Shown piece after piece: positions 1 through 12,300 of a DNA stretch of 64,000 bases. This DNA is from a virus (taxonomy: Duplodnaviria; Caudoviricetes), in the IMG/VR virus record IMGVR_UViG_3300020388_000011, positions 32,001-96,000 of that record. One strand, given 5' to 3'. The first letter of the stretch is position 1, and each line of letters begins with the position of its first letter. The position numbers and the translations under genes are program-made. The notes beneath the pieces were generated by a model. The model ran no database searches. It saw only the letters and a list, made by a program, of their open reading frames with translations, and was not told where the DNA came from.

Positions 1-1
1 T

Positions 2-3000
2 TTCAGCTATACCATTGATGTTGGTCCAAATTCTATCCCACATACATATATTTCTGGTGGTATTTCCACTCGTCAAAATATTATTGATGCAGTATATAAC
101 AGATCCAGTGGAGAACTATCCGTTACTCTTGATAGACAGCACGGTTTGGTTAAGGGAGATAACGCAAGTGTAGTTGATTTATTATTCTCCTGTGCTTCAG
201 GTGGTGCAGGTAATGCACCTGGACAACTATTATTCCCACGACCAACTGATGAGTTTGAAATCATAAGTTCAAATGCTTCACAATTCACAATCAACGTAGG
301 CTCATCAATTGGGCTACCACACACATATGTTAATGGTGGATCTGCTAGTATCGGGGGAGTGACTTCTTCAATTACCAATGCATTATATGATGACGAGACA
401 GGTTTACTTGTAGTAACAACCAGCGCCGCCTTAGCAACAACACCTGGAGCTATAATTAAAGTTCAAGGTCTAAACTTTGCGTGTAATTCTGGTGGTCCTG
501 GTAATGATCCAGGCACAGTCATCTTCCCACGTCTAGATGTTCCAGTATTTGAAGTTGTTAATGTAGTTAATGAAACAACATATGTAATTGATGTAGGTAC
601 TTCAACTTTAGCACATACATATATCTCTGGTGGTTTCTCTAGCCTCAAGAAAAAAATTAACGATCAAAATATCTTTGAAGTTATTGGTACACCAACACCT
701 AACACGATCATAACTAATGTTGGCGTGAGCTCTATCCCCCACACTTATGTGAGTGGTGGTAATGGTTTCGTTGGAATCACTACTAACATCTTCCCAGATG
801 GAACTCGTCCTACAGGAAGTCGTTTTGAAATTCTAGGTAAGCTCTCACCAAATAAAGTAATTATTGAGGTAGGAATCTCTAGCATCCCACATAATTATCA
901 AAGTGGTGGAAGAATGCAATATGGAGAAACCAATGAGCGTGCTATTTTAGATGTTGATTATAACAACCTAACGGGTGGAGCTACGGTTATTGTACGTGGT
1001 CCTCACGGTCTATCCACTGGTGATAATGTCAAGCTCACTGGTATGGAGTTTGAATGTACTAACAGCCCAGGTATTACCACCACTATCTTCCCTGATGGGA
1101 CAGCTGCCAGTCTCAATATCTTCCCAGTAACTGGTATTATAAACAACACAACATTCACAACTAATGTGGGTCGAGTTCCTTTTGCTCACACCTATGTTCA
1201 GGGTGGAGATGCTTTTGTTGGAATCACTACTAACATCTTCCCTGATGGTACGCAAGGATATACCTATATTGTAGATTCTATTCCTTCCCCCACTCAGGTT
1301 AATCTAAATGTTGGTGTCTCCAGTATCCAGCACAATTATATTAGAGGCGGCTTACTCTTCAGTGGACAAACTAATGAGCGTGATATCGCAAACTTTGACT
1401 ATGATTTTAAATCAGGTCTAGCAATTCTAACATTTAGAGAGCCAGAAGCAAATCTCTTTACGGGTGATCTAGTTAAGCTAAAAGATCTACGCTTTGAATG
1501 TCCTAATAGTACTTCCATAACCACTAACATCTTCCCAGATGGTTCACAAGGAAACCTCTTTAAAATTACGGAGAGATTAAACCCAACGCAGTTCCAATTA
1601 GATATTGGTACATCATCATTTGCTCACATCTATGTACAAGGAACAGGAGAAGCATTCGTTGGTATTACTACTAACATCTTCCCTGATGTGGGAGGTAATC
1701 CTGGTCAGCAACCAACAAAATTATTCAATGTAATTAATATTCCAACCCCAAATACTGTTGCTGTTCAGGTTGGTCCTTCTTCCATTCCACATATCTATGA
1801 GGGTGGTGGTACACTATCAGTTGGTATTAACACAGATATTTTCCCTGGCGATAGTCAAGTATCTCCACGAGGAGACGTATTTATTGTTGATGCAATCACA
1901 GAATCTGGGGAGTTAGTAATCAACGTTGGAACTTCCACAATCACTCACGATTATGAGAGAGGTGGTCAAGTTCTATATGGTCAGAGTGCTGGTGGAGAGC
2001 TACAGCATATCACTGGTCCTGGTGTTAAGCAAGCAACCATTGCTGCTATTGATTTTGAGCGAGATATTTCCAAGTATGCTTTAAATAATCGCCCATGGGG
2101 TTCATTTATTGCTGCTGAAACGGGTCTGGTTCAACAACTTGGTTATGATAACATCAGTGGCTTCGCCACAGTAACCGTACCTGGAATCAATGTTCAGCGT
2201 GGGGATATGATAAGGATGAGTGATATTCAGTTTGTCTGCTCCGATGAGTATGCTGGACTAACTACTACATTCTTCCCAGACAATACTCGCCCAGAAGGTC
2301 AGTACTTCACGGTTGATAATCGTATTGATGAGAATAATTTTGAAACTTTCATTGGCATCTCTACGATCAAACACAACTACTTTAAAGGTGGCAACGTATA
2401 TCGTTATCGCCAAGCTCTTGATGATATTTTATACGATAGATTTAGTGGTGTAGCCAGTGTAACTTCACTAGATCACGGGTATAAGGTAGATGACGTTATT
2501 GAGATGGGTGAGATTCGTTTCTCCTGTCCAGTATTTACACCCGACTATGATATTGAAGACTTTATTTACGACAATACAACTGGTTTATCTACAGTAACAA
2601 CTACCGTTGATAATGATGTGAAAGTTGGTGATCTAATTCGTTTGGATGACATTGAACTTGATTGCCCTCCATACGGTAATGATAAAAATATTATTGACTT
2701 TGATTACAATAATCTTACTGGCGTATCATCAATCACTGTACTTCAGCCACATGGTCTAACATTAAACGCAAGACCACCTGTAGCAATTTCAACAGCTGTT
2801 TATGATAATGTCTCTGGAATTATTACCGTAACTACTGTAGTACCTACTAATGTTGATCTATCAATTGAAAGTGGTGTTCAGCTATCAGGTCTTGGATTCT
2901 CTTGCCTTGGTACTTCTGGTATAACAACAACAATCTTCCCAGACGATTTAGGTTTAATCTATCCTATTAAGGAGATCAATAATAGCACTACCTTCTCAGT

Positions 3001-6000
3001 TAAGGTTGGCGTATCAACAATCCCCCACATCTATCAAGGTGGTGGTGATGTAACTAAAGTAAGTAGGTATAGCATTAAGCTAGCTGACATTAAATTTGAC
3101 TGTCCATCTTATGGCAATTCTATTGATGTTTCTAACTTCGTATATGATAATACAACTGGAAACTCACTAGTATCTGTGGTCTCCCCACACGGTCTTAATG
3201 TTGGGGACAATATTAAGTTGTCTGATATTAAGTTCCAGTGTCCTCCATATGGAAATCAGTATAATGTTGTGGCTGCTGACTATGACAACCTTAGTGGTAT
3301 CATAACCATTACTACTAACCGCGATCTAGGTGGAATTGATATTGGCGAGACCTTAAGAATTAGAGACTTGCAGTTTGATTGCAACTCTGGAACTCCTTTC
3401 GCAATTCAGCAGATCACTTTTGACCCATTCAATGGACGTATAGCTACACTCACACTCAATGCCGATCCAAGAATTAATCCAGGTGATAGGATTAAACTAG
3501 CAGGTCTTCTATACAGAAATGCGGCTGGTGATGAGATTCCTTATCCTGATGGAAGAGATCCTAGCTATAACCTATTTGATGCTAGAACAGTAACACAAGT
3601 AAGTCCTGGTGTTTGGGAAGTTCAAGTTCAGTTTGTTAACATCACTGATACATTTGTAATCTTCCTGGTTAATGGAAATGATTACGGTACATTATTCACT
3701 GGCGTAACAGGAAACATATTCCCAGAAGATGTAGGTCCTGAAGGTGGATTCTATGATGTTCTAGGTCTTCCAGCTTCCAATCAATTCACCGCGCAAGTTG
3801 GAGTCTCAACTATTGCTCACACATACATTAGATATGGTGAAGTATTCTCTGGAGTAACTACAAACTTCTTCCCAAGCCCAAGCACACAGAACTCACCCAA
3901 AGGAAATATCTATGAGGTTATTGGAGTTCCAACTCCTAATGAAGTTAGAATTAATGTTGGCATCTCAAGTATCACTCACGTATATGGTTCAGGTGGTTCC
4001 TTATCTGTAGGTATTACTACTAATATCTTCCCTGATGGGACAGATGGTAACATATTCCCAGTCATTAGCATTGGTAGTTCAACTGAAGTTCGTGTGAAAG
4101 TTGGAACTTCTACTATCCCACACAACTATATTAGTGGTGGATTGATGGCTGTAGGTATCACTACAAACATTTTCCCAAGCAACAATCCACAAAACTCACC
4201 TCTAGGAAATATCTTTACTGTTCTTAGTAAGGATGATATGTGTCCTGATAGATTCACTATTAATGTTGGTGTATCTAGCATCCCACACTCCTATGTTGAG
4301 GGTGGAACTGTAACCACAGGAGTAACAACTGATAAGTTCCCAGATGGAACTAATGGTTTTGAATTCCCAGTTACTGAAGTATTAGATGAAGATACCTTCC
4401 TGGTGAATGTGGGACCCTCTACCATCAGCCACACTTACCTTTCTGGTGGATTTACTAGACGCATTGAAAGTCCTATCAATGACTTTATATACAATAATGA
4501 GTCTGGAGCTGCGTTGGTTGGAGTAACTAGTCATAGACTTAATGTTGGTGACCTAGTGAGGTTACGTGACATCAAGTTTGATTGTGACCCATATGGTGAT
4601 GAGAAGATGATCAGTGGGGCAAATTACAATAACTTAACAGGAAGACTAATTGTAACCACTGATACAGCACACGGGCTATCAATTAATGAGACTATCAAAC
4701 TTGCTGGCATACAGATGGATTGCCCTGCCTATGGCAATGACATTGCCATTACTGGTGCCAACTATAATAATATAAGTGGTGACATTAATGTAACAGTTGC
4801 TGCCGCACATGGTCTATCAATTGGTAGCAATGTCAAATTAGCTGGATTAGATTTTGTATGCCCCGGTGGCTCTGGTATTACTACCACAATCTTCCCCGAT
4901 GATACGGCAGCTAGCCTCAATATCTATAGAGTAACAGCAGTTCCAGCATCCAACTCATTGACAGTTAATGTGGGCACTTCAACTATCACGCACACGTATG
5001 TTGGCGGTGGAGATATCTTTGTCGGTATTACTACAAACATCTTCCCAGGTAGTGCTCAAAACTCACCACTCGGCAGTTTCTATGAGGTATTAGATACTCC
5101 CTCCCTAACAGAATTTACTTTGAATGTTGGTGTCTCATCCATCTCACACGAATATATACGTGGTGGATTGGTACAGACTGGAGTCACTACTGATATGTTC
5201 CCTGATGGAACTCAAGGTGAGTACTTTGAAGTTAATGATGTTATTAGTACCGATACATTCTCAATCAACGCAGGTATTTCTTCCATCGTCCACCGATATA
5301 ATTCAGGTGGATTCAGTTCTAAGTATTCTACTTACCAATCAAGGACTCCACAAGTTGTTGATATGTCCGTAACACGTGTACCTAGGGGCTGTGAGGCTGT
5401 AGCTGCCCGTGTAGATCAGTTGTCTAACATTGTAACCTCCATTATTAACGAAGGTCCCTCAGCGGCTCCTGGTGAGGTTCCAGTGAATGTAACTTCAGCC
5501 TCTTATAATAAACTAACAGGAGATCTTTCAGTAACTACTAATAGAGAAACTGTACTAGCTCCTAAAGATATTGTGAGGATGGAAAATCTAATCTTCCAAT
5601 GCAGTAAGACTAGCACGGTTGTAGGTGCTACTTATAATAACTTAACAGGTAAGCTTGTAATAACGACCGAAGCTAAAAACGGTATTGTTATTGGTAGTAG
5701 CGTTACTATGGAAGGTCTTGTATTTGGATGTAGTGATGGTAGCTTGATCTACCCATCAAATGTTGATCAAGTATTCCCTGTAGCTGAAATCCTATCACCA
5801 ACTAAGTTTGTATTGAACCTAGAAAAATCTAGCAAAGTTCATACCTGGACTAGTGGTGGTACAGTAACAACTGTAGCAACCCAACGTGTATTCCCAGACA
5901 ATGGTGTTGTACTATACCCCGTTAAGGCTGTTCTATCCCCATCAACATTTACAATTAATGTTGGACCTTCTGATATTGATCATTCCTATATCAATGGAGG

Positions 6001-8968
6001 TACTATTTCTCCTGGATTAAGATACGAGGTAGAAGATGCAGACTATAATAAAATCTCTGGTCTCCTAACAGTAACAACAGAAAAAGATCATCTCCTAGTA
6101 GCTGATACAGGTGTGCGGTTGAATGGTTTGATTTTCTCTTGCCTATCTGGAGGTACAAATAATCAGGCAGGCTCACTACCTTTCCCCGATGGAAGACCTG
6201 CCAATGTTGTTAATGCTGTATTCAATCACATTACTGGATCACTTCGCATCACAACAGAGAAGCCACATCAAGCATATCGTGATGCCAAAGTTCGCCTAGA
6301 AAATCTTGAGTTCTCTTGTGTAGCTGGGGCAGAAGTATATCCACTCAATCCAGATAAACTTCTCCGCGTGGTTGAGGTAGAAGATTTCTATACATATAAA
6401 GTTCAACTAAAGCCAACTCCCAAAGTTCATACTTATGTACAGGGAGGGACTTCTACTGTAGGAACTAACGTATATAATGTTAATTCGGTAGTTAACGCAC
6501 GTACATTTACAGTACAGATGGCACCTAATAACTTATCTCATACGTATGAGGGTGGTGGTACTGTAGCTTCAGTATTCTGTGAGCAGATTCAAGATGGTAT
6601 TAACTTACGCACTAAACTATGTGCCAATGACGTTGGTAAGATTTATCTAGCAGTTGTTTATGACATCACACGTGGCGGTAATATGAAGTCTGTAGAGGCA
6701 GCACAACTTTATTATGATGCTGTCGGTCAGTATCAGCATCTTGCTGGTGGTGAAGTCAGTCAGACAGTAGAAGCACTAGACTACTCACTCAATATTGTAC
6801 GTTGTATCATCAACAATGTAACTTGGGGAGGCATTCCACGTGGATACTTTACCAAGCGTGAAAGAGCGTTTATTCCAACCAAAGCCAATTTGTCTGCACC
6901 CCTTCTAAATAGATCTCTATCTCGTGATCTACTACGCTTGGCTGATATGCCACCTTCTACAACTCAATCTGTTGTATGTATTGAAAAGGCGTATGAGAGA
7001 GGACAGTATACAACCAAGAAGAAGTTTATTGAGGCTCTCGATTACAATAATATTACTGGTATCGGATCATTTACAACCAGACAGGCTCATCGCTTAATCA
7101 AGCAGGATGCCATCCGCCTAGCAGATATCCAGATGCGTTGTGTGGGTAGCCCAAGAGTCACCACTAACATCTTCCCAGATGGTACACAAGGTGATATCTT
7201 TGAGGTCATGGAGACCTTCCAGGACAATCCAGCTAATGTTGTCGGTACTGCTGACTACAATAATGTAACTGGTAACTTGATTATTGGATGCCCAGGTGTT
7301 GATTTGGAATATGAGGTTGGCACACTTGTCAACTTAAGAAATCTACGTTGGGTATGTGGATCATTGGATATCAAAGTATATCCAACCAATCCCGATTATG
7401 TCTACGAAGTTAAGCAGTTACTATCTTCCGACTCATTCCTAGTTAATGTAGGGGTCTCAACAATACCCCACACGTTTGTGGCTGTAGGAAATGAGTCTAT
7501 AGTCCCCATTGTTCAGGAGCTTCCTAGGAAGTTCACTGCTCACGTAGGAACAGTCAACTTCCCCCACATTTATGAGAGTGGTGGAAGCGTATGGAAGCAA
7601 GAGCCTTTCAGTACACCATCTACTCAAACTCAGTTACGTGATGTTTCTATTCAAGATGATCCAAGACAATTCTCTAACGCCACACCAAATGCTTGTGCGA
7701 ATGTCTTCTCCGCAATTGAGAACGCAGTTGGTGTTGTAACAACCATCATTGACGTTGGCTTTGAAGATTCTGGCATCGTTATTAGCTATCCAGGAAACGA
7801 TGGTAAGGGAGTACCAACAATTGAACAAATGGCATCACAAGGTGTCGGTAATATTGTCAAAGGTCCATACATCAGAAACTGCACCAACTTCGTTCCTAAG
7901 TCAATTGGAATGAGAATGGATGGTTTTGATGCTGAACCAGGCGATGAGATTCCTAACGGTGTTCAAGGTTCATCTAACGTTGACTCCTTTACCCAGTTCA
8001 ACCCAGGTGGTATTGGTTGTTCCATCTCCAATGGTACATATCAACAGCTCGTTTCTATCTTCACCATCTGTTGTGATGAAGCTATCGTAGCTGACTCTGG
8101 AGCACAGCTTGACCTTACTAACTCCAACTCATCCTTCGGTACTCTGGGTCTAGTTGCTCGCGGTATCGGTGACGCAAACTCCAAGTGTATTGACCGATAT
8201 ACTGGTGTGGTAGCTGAGCAAGCAGAGCTTGATGACGATGTAGTCATCATCCGGGGTATCGGTAACAAACGTCCATATGATGGTCAAGGAATCTTCTTCG
8301 GTGAGTTGTACCGTGAGGTTACCGAAATTCAAGTTACGGATGGGGGATCTGGTTATAGTGATGAAAATCCACCGATAGCATCTGTTTCTATACCAGAAGG
8401 TCCTTCTGGAATTAAAGCTGAGGTGTCGCCTACAGTACTTGATGGAAAGGTTGTTTCTATTGAACTGATCTCCAATGGTAATCAGTACCTGGTGGTAAGT
8501 CCAACCGTTACGATTGCTCCACCAGTAAGACCTGACGGTAGGCAAGCTAAAGCTATCGCAATCACTGAACCAATTTACTATGACGTTGATAGTTCTACTG
8601 CCCCAGATGAGGGAACTGTACGAGTCATTTTCAAACAAAGGCTAAATAATACAGTATCTGTAGGTACCACCGTATTCTTCTCCCGCTTGAGTCTACAAAT
8701 CGCATCATCACACTCCTTTGAGTATATTGGTTCGGGTAATAGCATTGACGGCGCGAGACCTTCACAGGGCGGGGTTCCTATTAAAGCTAATGAAATCGTT
8801 AAGCAAAACGGCGGTCAAATCGTCTATACCTCAACGGATCAAGCAGGTAACTTTAACATCGGTGATGATTTCGTAATTAACCAGTTCACTGGCACAGTTA
8901 CGGGAAGGTCCTTTGATCAATCGGTGCTAAATAAAGTAACGCCACTCATCATCGCATTGGATAGCTAA
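2..8968 (+). CDS. Giant repeat-rich virion structural/fibre protein, 5'-truncated (>2980 aa)
   Basis: The frame is open from base 2 (ttc agc tat acc...), so the track start at 146 is not the true start. It has dozens of GITTNIFPDG...VNVG.S.I.H.Y..GG repeats. The C-terminal beta-helix-like segment (GPYIRNCTNF...VDSFTQFN...TNSNSSFG) and SHSFEYIGSG motif are typical of cyanomyophage structural proteins. Confidence 0.8.
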   Translation, partial: FSYTIDVGPNSIPHTYISGGISTRQNIIDAVYNRSSGELSVTLDRQHGLVKGDNASVVDLLFSCASGGAGNAPGQLLFPRPTDEFEIISSNASQFTINVGSSIGLPHTYVNGGSASIGGVTSSITNALYDDETGLLVVTTSAALATTPGAIIKVQGLNFACNSGGPGNDPGTVIFPRLDVPVFEVVNVVNETTYVIDVGTSTLAHTYISGGFSSLKKKINDQNIFEVIGTPTPNTIITNVGVSSIPHTYVSGGNGFVGITTNIFPDGTRPTGSRFEILGKLSPNKVIIEVGISSIPHNYQSGGRMQYGETNERAILDVDYNNLTGGATVIVRGPHGLSTGDNVKLTGMEFECTNSPGITTTIFPDGTAASLNIFPVTGIINNTTFTTNVGRVPFAHTYVQGGDAFVGITTNIFPDGTQGYTYIVDSIPSPTQVNLNVGVSSIQHNYIRGGLLFSGQTNERDIANFDYDFKSGLAILTFREPEANLFTGDLVKLKDLRFECPNSTSITTNIFPDGSQGNLFKITERLNPTQFQLDIGTSSFAHIYVQGTGEAFVGITTNIFPDVGGNPGQQPTKLFNVINIPTPNTVAVQVGPSSIPHIYEGGGTLSVGINTDIFPGDSQVSPRGDVFIVDAITESGELVINVGTSTITHDYERGGQVLYGQSAGGELQHITGPGVKQATIAAIDFERDISKYALNNRPWGSFIAAETGLVQQLGYDNISGFATVTVPGINVQRGDMIRMSDIQFVCSDEYAGLTTTFFPDNTRPEGQYFTVDNRIDENNFETFIGISTIKHNYFKGGNVYRYRQALDDILYDRFSGVASVTSLDHGYKVDDVIEMGEIRFSCPVFTPDYDIEDFIYDNTTGLSTVTTTVDNDVKVGDLIRLDDIELDCPPYGNDKNIIDFDYNNLTGVSSITVLQPHGLTLNARPPVAISTAVYDNVSGIITVTTVVPTNVDLSIESGVQLSGLGFSCLGTSGITTTIFPDDLGLIYPIKEINNSTTFSVKVGVSTIPHIYQGGGDVTKVSRYSIKLADIKFDCPSYGNSIDVSNFVYDNTTGNSLVSVVSPHGLNVGDNIKLSDIKFQCPPYGNQYNVVAADYDNLSGIITITTNRDLGGIDIGETLRIRDLQFDCNSGTPFAIQQITFDPFNGRIATLTLNADPRINPGDRIKLAGLLYRNAAGDEIPYPDGRDPSYNLFDARTVTQVSPGVWEVQVQFVNITDTFVIFLVNGNDYGTLFTGVTGNIFPEDVGPEGGFYDVLGLPASNQFTAQVGVSTIAHTYIRYGEVFSGVTTNFFPSPSTQNSPKGNIYEVIGVPTPNEVRINVGISSITHVYGSGGSLSVGITTNIFPDGTDGNIFPVISIGSSTEVRVKVGTSTIPHNYISGGLMAVGITTNIFPSNNPQNSPLGNIFTVLSKDDMCPDRFTINVGVSSIPHSYVEGGTVTTGVTTDKFPDGTNGFEFPVTEVLDEDTFLVNVGPSTISHTYLSGGFTRRIESPINDFIYNNESGAALVGVTSHRLNVGDLVRLRDIKFDCDPYGDEKMISGANYNNLTGRLIVTTDTAHGLSINETIKLAGIQMDCPAYGNDIAITGANYNNISGDINVTVAAAHGLSIGSNVKLAGLDFVCPGGSGITTTIFPDDTAASLNIYRVTAVPASNSLTVNVGTSTITHTYVGGGDIFVGITTNIFPGSAQNSPLGSFYEVLDTPSLTEFTLNVGVSSISHEYIRGGLVQTGVTTDMFPDGTQGEYFEVNDVISTDTFSINAGISSIVHRYNSGGFSSKYSTYQSRTPQVVDMSVTRVPRGCEAVAARVDQLSNIVTSIINEGPSAAPGEVPVNVTSASYNKLTGDLSVTTNRETVLAPKDIVRMENLIFQCSKTSTVVGATYNNLTGKLVITTEAKNGIVIGSSVTMEGLVFGCSDGSLIYPSNVDQVFPVAEILSPTKFVLNLEKSSKVHTWTSGGTVTTVATQRVFPDNGVVLYPVKAVLSPSTFTINVGPSDIDHSYINGGTISPGLRYEVEDADYNKISGLLTVTTEKDHLLVADTGVRLNGLIFSCLSGGTNNQAGSLPFPDGRPANVVNAVFNHITGSLRITTEKPHQAYRDAKVRLENLEFSCVAGAEVYPLNPDKLLRVVEVEDFYTYKVQLKPTPKVHTYVQGGTSTVGTNVYNVNSVVNARTFTVQMAPNNLSHTYEGGGTVASVFCEQIQDGINLRTKLCANDVGKIYLAVVYDITRGGNMKSVEAAQLYYDAVGQYQHLAGGEVSQTVEALDYSLNIVRCIINNVTWGGIPRGYFTKRERAFIPTKANLSAPLLNRSLSRDLLRLADMPPSTTQSVVCIEKAYERGQYTTKKKFIEALDYNNITGIGSFTTRQAHRLIKQDAIRLADIQMRCVGSPRVTTNIFPDGTQGDIFEVMETFQDNPANVVGTADYNNVTGNLIIGCPGVDLEYEVGTLVNLRNLRWVCGSLDIKVYPTNPDYVYEVKQLLSSDSFLVNVGVSTIPHTFVAVGNESIVPIVQELPRKFTAHVGTVNFPHIYESGGSVWKQEPFSTPSTQTQLRDVSIQDDPRQFSNATPNACANVFSAIENAVGVVTTIIDVGFEDSGIVISYPGNDGKGVPTIEQMASQGVGNIVKGPYIRNCTNFVPKSIGMRMDGFDAEPGDEIPNGVQGSSNVDSFTQFNPGGIGCSISNGTYQQLVSIFTICCDEAIVADSGAQLDLTNSNSSFGTLGLVARGIGDANSKCIDRYTGVVAEQAELDDDVVIIRGIGNKRPYDGQGIFFGELYREVTEIQVTDGGSGYSDENPPIASVSIPEGPSGIKAEVSPTVLDGKVVSIELISNGNQYLVVSPTVTIAPPVRPDGRQAKAIAITEPIYYDVDSSTAPDEGTVRVIFKQRLNNTVSVGTTVFFSRLSLQIASSHSFEYIGSGNSIDGARPSQGGVPIKANEIVKQNGGQIVYTSTDQAGNFNIGDDFVINQFTGTVTGRSFDQSVLNKVTPLIIALDS

Positions 8969-8973
8969 GTATC

Positions 8974-9330
8974 ATGGCAGCAGTAGCACTAAACAAATTT
9001 CTAACGGTAAGACATTTGGTTACCGACTCCAAGGTGGGGATTTATACTGCACCCATTGGAGTTGCTTCCATTGTTCTTTTTGCTCAAGCCACTAATGTTG
9101 GTTCGGGCGATCAAGCAGGAATTAAATTCGTCACCTTTTCTCACGCCAGACCTGGTGACATTCCTGAAGACTTTCAAATTATCAATGATGGTCCAGTCAT
9201 CCCCAATGATGCATTGAACTTAATTATTGGTAGGCTCGTTCTTGAAACGGGTGATGAGTTAGTCCTTCAAGGCGACTCGACCGGAGATGTGAAGGTTGTA
9301 GTCTCTATTCTAGAAACAGCTAAGAGCTAA
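8974..9330 (+). CDS. Small conserved virion-associated protein
   Basis: 118 aa beta-rich ORF starting 5 nt after the giant gene. The IYTAP...LVLETGD...SILET pattern recurs in cyanomyophage structural clusters. Confidence 0.65.
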   Translation: MAAVALNKFLTVRHLVTDSKVGIYTAPIGVASIVLFAQATNVGSGDQAGIKFVTFSHARPGDIPEDFQIINDGPVIPNDALNLIIGRLVLETGDELVLQGDSTGDVKVVVSILETAKS

Positions 9331-9358
9331 AAACCGTTCGCATTATTATCCTGGGTCA

Positions 9359-12300
9359 ATGGCATTATTTTATCAGTCTGGCAGAGTAAGTAGATTCGCA
9401 GTAGGTACACCTGGGTTTTCAACCAATAGGGACCTAACTCTTAGTGTGTCTGGGTCACTTGGTGTTGAAACATCTAACCCAAGAGCAAGTATTGATACTC
9501 CAGAGATCAGTATTAGAGGACCAATATATGATGCTGGTATTCAAACTGGTGGATTAGGATATTTTTTATCACAAGATATAGAAGGTGTTAAATGGGTAGC
9601 AGCATCACCACTTGACTTAACCTTTGTAAGAGTATATGAAGACGATGTACAAGTAGGTTTAAGTTCTTTCAGTGGATTGAACTTTAAGTCAAACGACCCC
9701 ACACTAATTACTATTAATGAGAGTCCAATTGGACCAAATATTGCAGATATTAATTTTAATACATACTGGATTAGAACCCAGTACGGTAATAATTCAGGTA
9801 TTTCAACTGGTTATGGACCAGACGGCACCTATGCTTCCCTCCCTGGTTATGGAACTAGCGAAGCAGTAGGTGTTACTTCTGTTGGTATTGGTACCGATAA
9901 ACCAGAGGATGACTTCCAAGTTGGTATTGGATCCACTGGTGTTACTATCAATGGACCCCTAGGTAAGTTAGAAGCCGAAATTATTAAGGCAAAAAATATT
10001 GAGATTGAAGGTAATATTACCGTAGAATCTTTAATTGTAGACCCAGGTATTGCTACATTCCGTGGTAACATCGATGCGCAAGGCATCTCTAGCTTTACCG
10101 GGGATATTATAGCTGGATTTGCTACGATACAAGAGCTGTATGTAAATGATTTAGAGGTAGAAGTTTTTAGGGCTGGCGTAGCAACCTTAGGTTTGGGTAG
10201 GTCTGCCGCATCATTCACGGTAGTTGAGAATGGTCTAGAAGTTCAGGGTGACATTGGCACCTTCTTTAATGATCTGTATGTTGGGAATGATCTATATGTA
10301 GCTGGTGATACGTTCTTCAATCAGATTAATGCTGAAAATATCAGAGTCAGTGGTGTTGCCACATTAAATGCTGTTGAAGGAAACACAGGAATCTTTACTA
10401 GCTTTAAAGTAACAGGGATCACCACACTAAATCAGCTTGAGTTTAATACGGGAGTAGGTACTAATTTACAGTTAGAGTCTTCAACTATTGGAGTTCTAAC
10501 AGCTACTGATATAACTGCTGGTATTGCTACGCTTGGCTTTGCTAGTATTAAAGATGCCAATATCACTGGTATCGTAACCGTAACCGAAGTTGATGTAGAA
10601 CAGATTGATATTGAACGTGCTCAGGTGGGCGTTCTAACTATCACCCAAGCCCTGTCAGTCAGTGGAACTAGTACATTTGTTGGTCTAGTAACTGTAACTG
10701 GAGAAGTATTTGTTGATGGTGACTTAACTGTAACCGATCAGTTCACCGTAAAAGATCTAGGAGCAGAGAACCTAGAGGTAACTGGTATTGGTACCATTGT
10801 AAATCTAGAATCTAATGTTGGTATTATCACCACATTGTTCACAGAAGGTTCTGTTAATACTGGTGTTGGTACATTTAATGTTGTTGATACCAATGATATT
10901 CAGGCAGGTACTGGTACTATTGGTGGTATTGGTTTTAATTCTGGAAGAATTGACGGAACAGAACTAGACTTTGACCGTGGACGCATTGGTATTCTAACGG
11001 GTGACCTACTCAGTTATGGCATTGGTACATTTAGAGATAGATTCGACAGTCCAGGCATCTCTAATATTGCTGTTGCTATTGGTAGCAATCTAAACTACAG
11101 TGGTTTCTCTCAAATTAATGGAGTAACTTTCGGTGATGAGTTAGTAGATGTTGTCAACAGAGACCTTAGAGTTAGTGGCATCACTACCTTTGCTGGTGTG
11201 GGCACATTCGGAGAAGATCTATATGTAAAGAATGACCTATTTGTTGGGGGTGAACTATCTTTTGAGCAGCTAACAGGTACCAACCTACTAGTTCTAGGCA
11301 TCGCAACAATCAATCAGCTAGATCTAAATACAGGTATTGGCACCTTCCTAGACCTAGAGTTCCTACAAGTTGGTGTTGCTACTATCACCAACCTAACGGG
11401 AACGATTTCAACAATCACCAGAATGGATTCTGGTACTGTTGCTGTTACTACAGATCCATCCAAGTATCCAACATCAAACGGTCAGTTCTATGCTGACAGA
11501 GCATTCACTGAATTCTTAAATTCAGTAGAGACATTCACTACAGATCTAACAGTATTTGATGAGACTGTTCTAGGGGGCAGACTAGAAGTTGCTGGTGTAT
11601 CAACATTTGGATCTGACATTGATCTTAATGGAGACATTGATGTATCTGGTCTAACTACAACCAACTTCCTATTCGCTGGTGTAGGCACAATCTTACTCTT
11701 AGATACAGACTTCATTGAGTCTGATGAGATCAACACAGGTATCATTACAGCTCAGGATTTAGTTGTTACTGAATCTGCTGACTTCCAAGGTGATGTTGTT
11801 GTAGACATTGGTGGTACAGCTAACATTGCTAATGCTAACATTGGTTTCGCTAGCATCTCTCAAGAGGTCGTAGGAACCTCTACAGTAGGCTTCTTAAGTG
11901 TAACTGATGCTAATGTTGGTGTAGTAACTGTAGGCGTTGTAAGTGCTACTGAGGTTGATATAGATGACCTAGAAGCTAATACTGCTAGCATTGGGGTTGC
12001 TACCGTAGGATTTGGTTCATTCGGCACTGATGAAAATGAAGGTGCCTTATTTGTAACAGGCATCAATACATTCATCGGTTTCACTACCTTTACTGGTGAA
12101 GTATATATTGATGGTGACCTTACTGTAAGTGGAGTCACTACATTCAGACAGCTTGACGCAGAGCAATCACAGATTGGTATCCTAACTACCAAGACTCTAT
12201 TAGATTCTAATGGTCTACTTACCGCAGAGAACGTTTCTATTAGCACAAGCCTAACGGTAAATGGTCTCACAACTCTAACTGGGTTCACTACAACTGCTGA

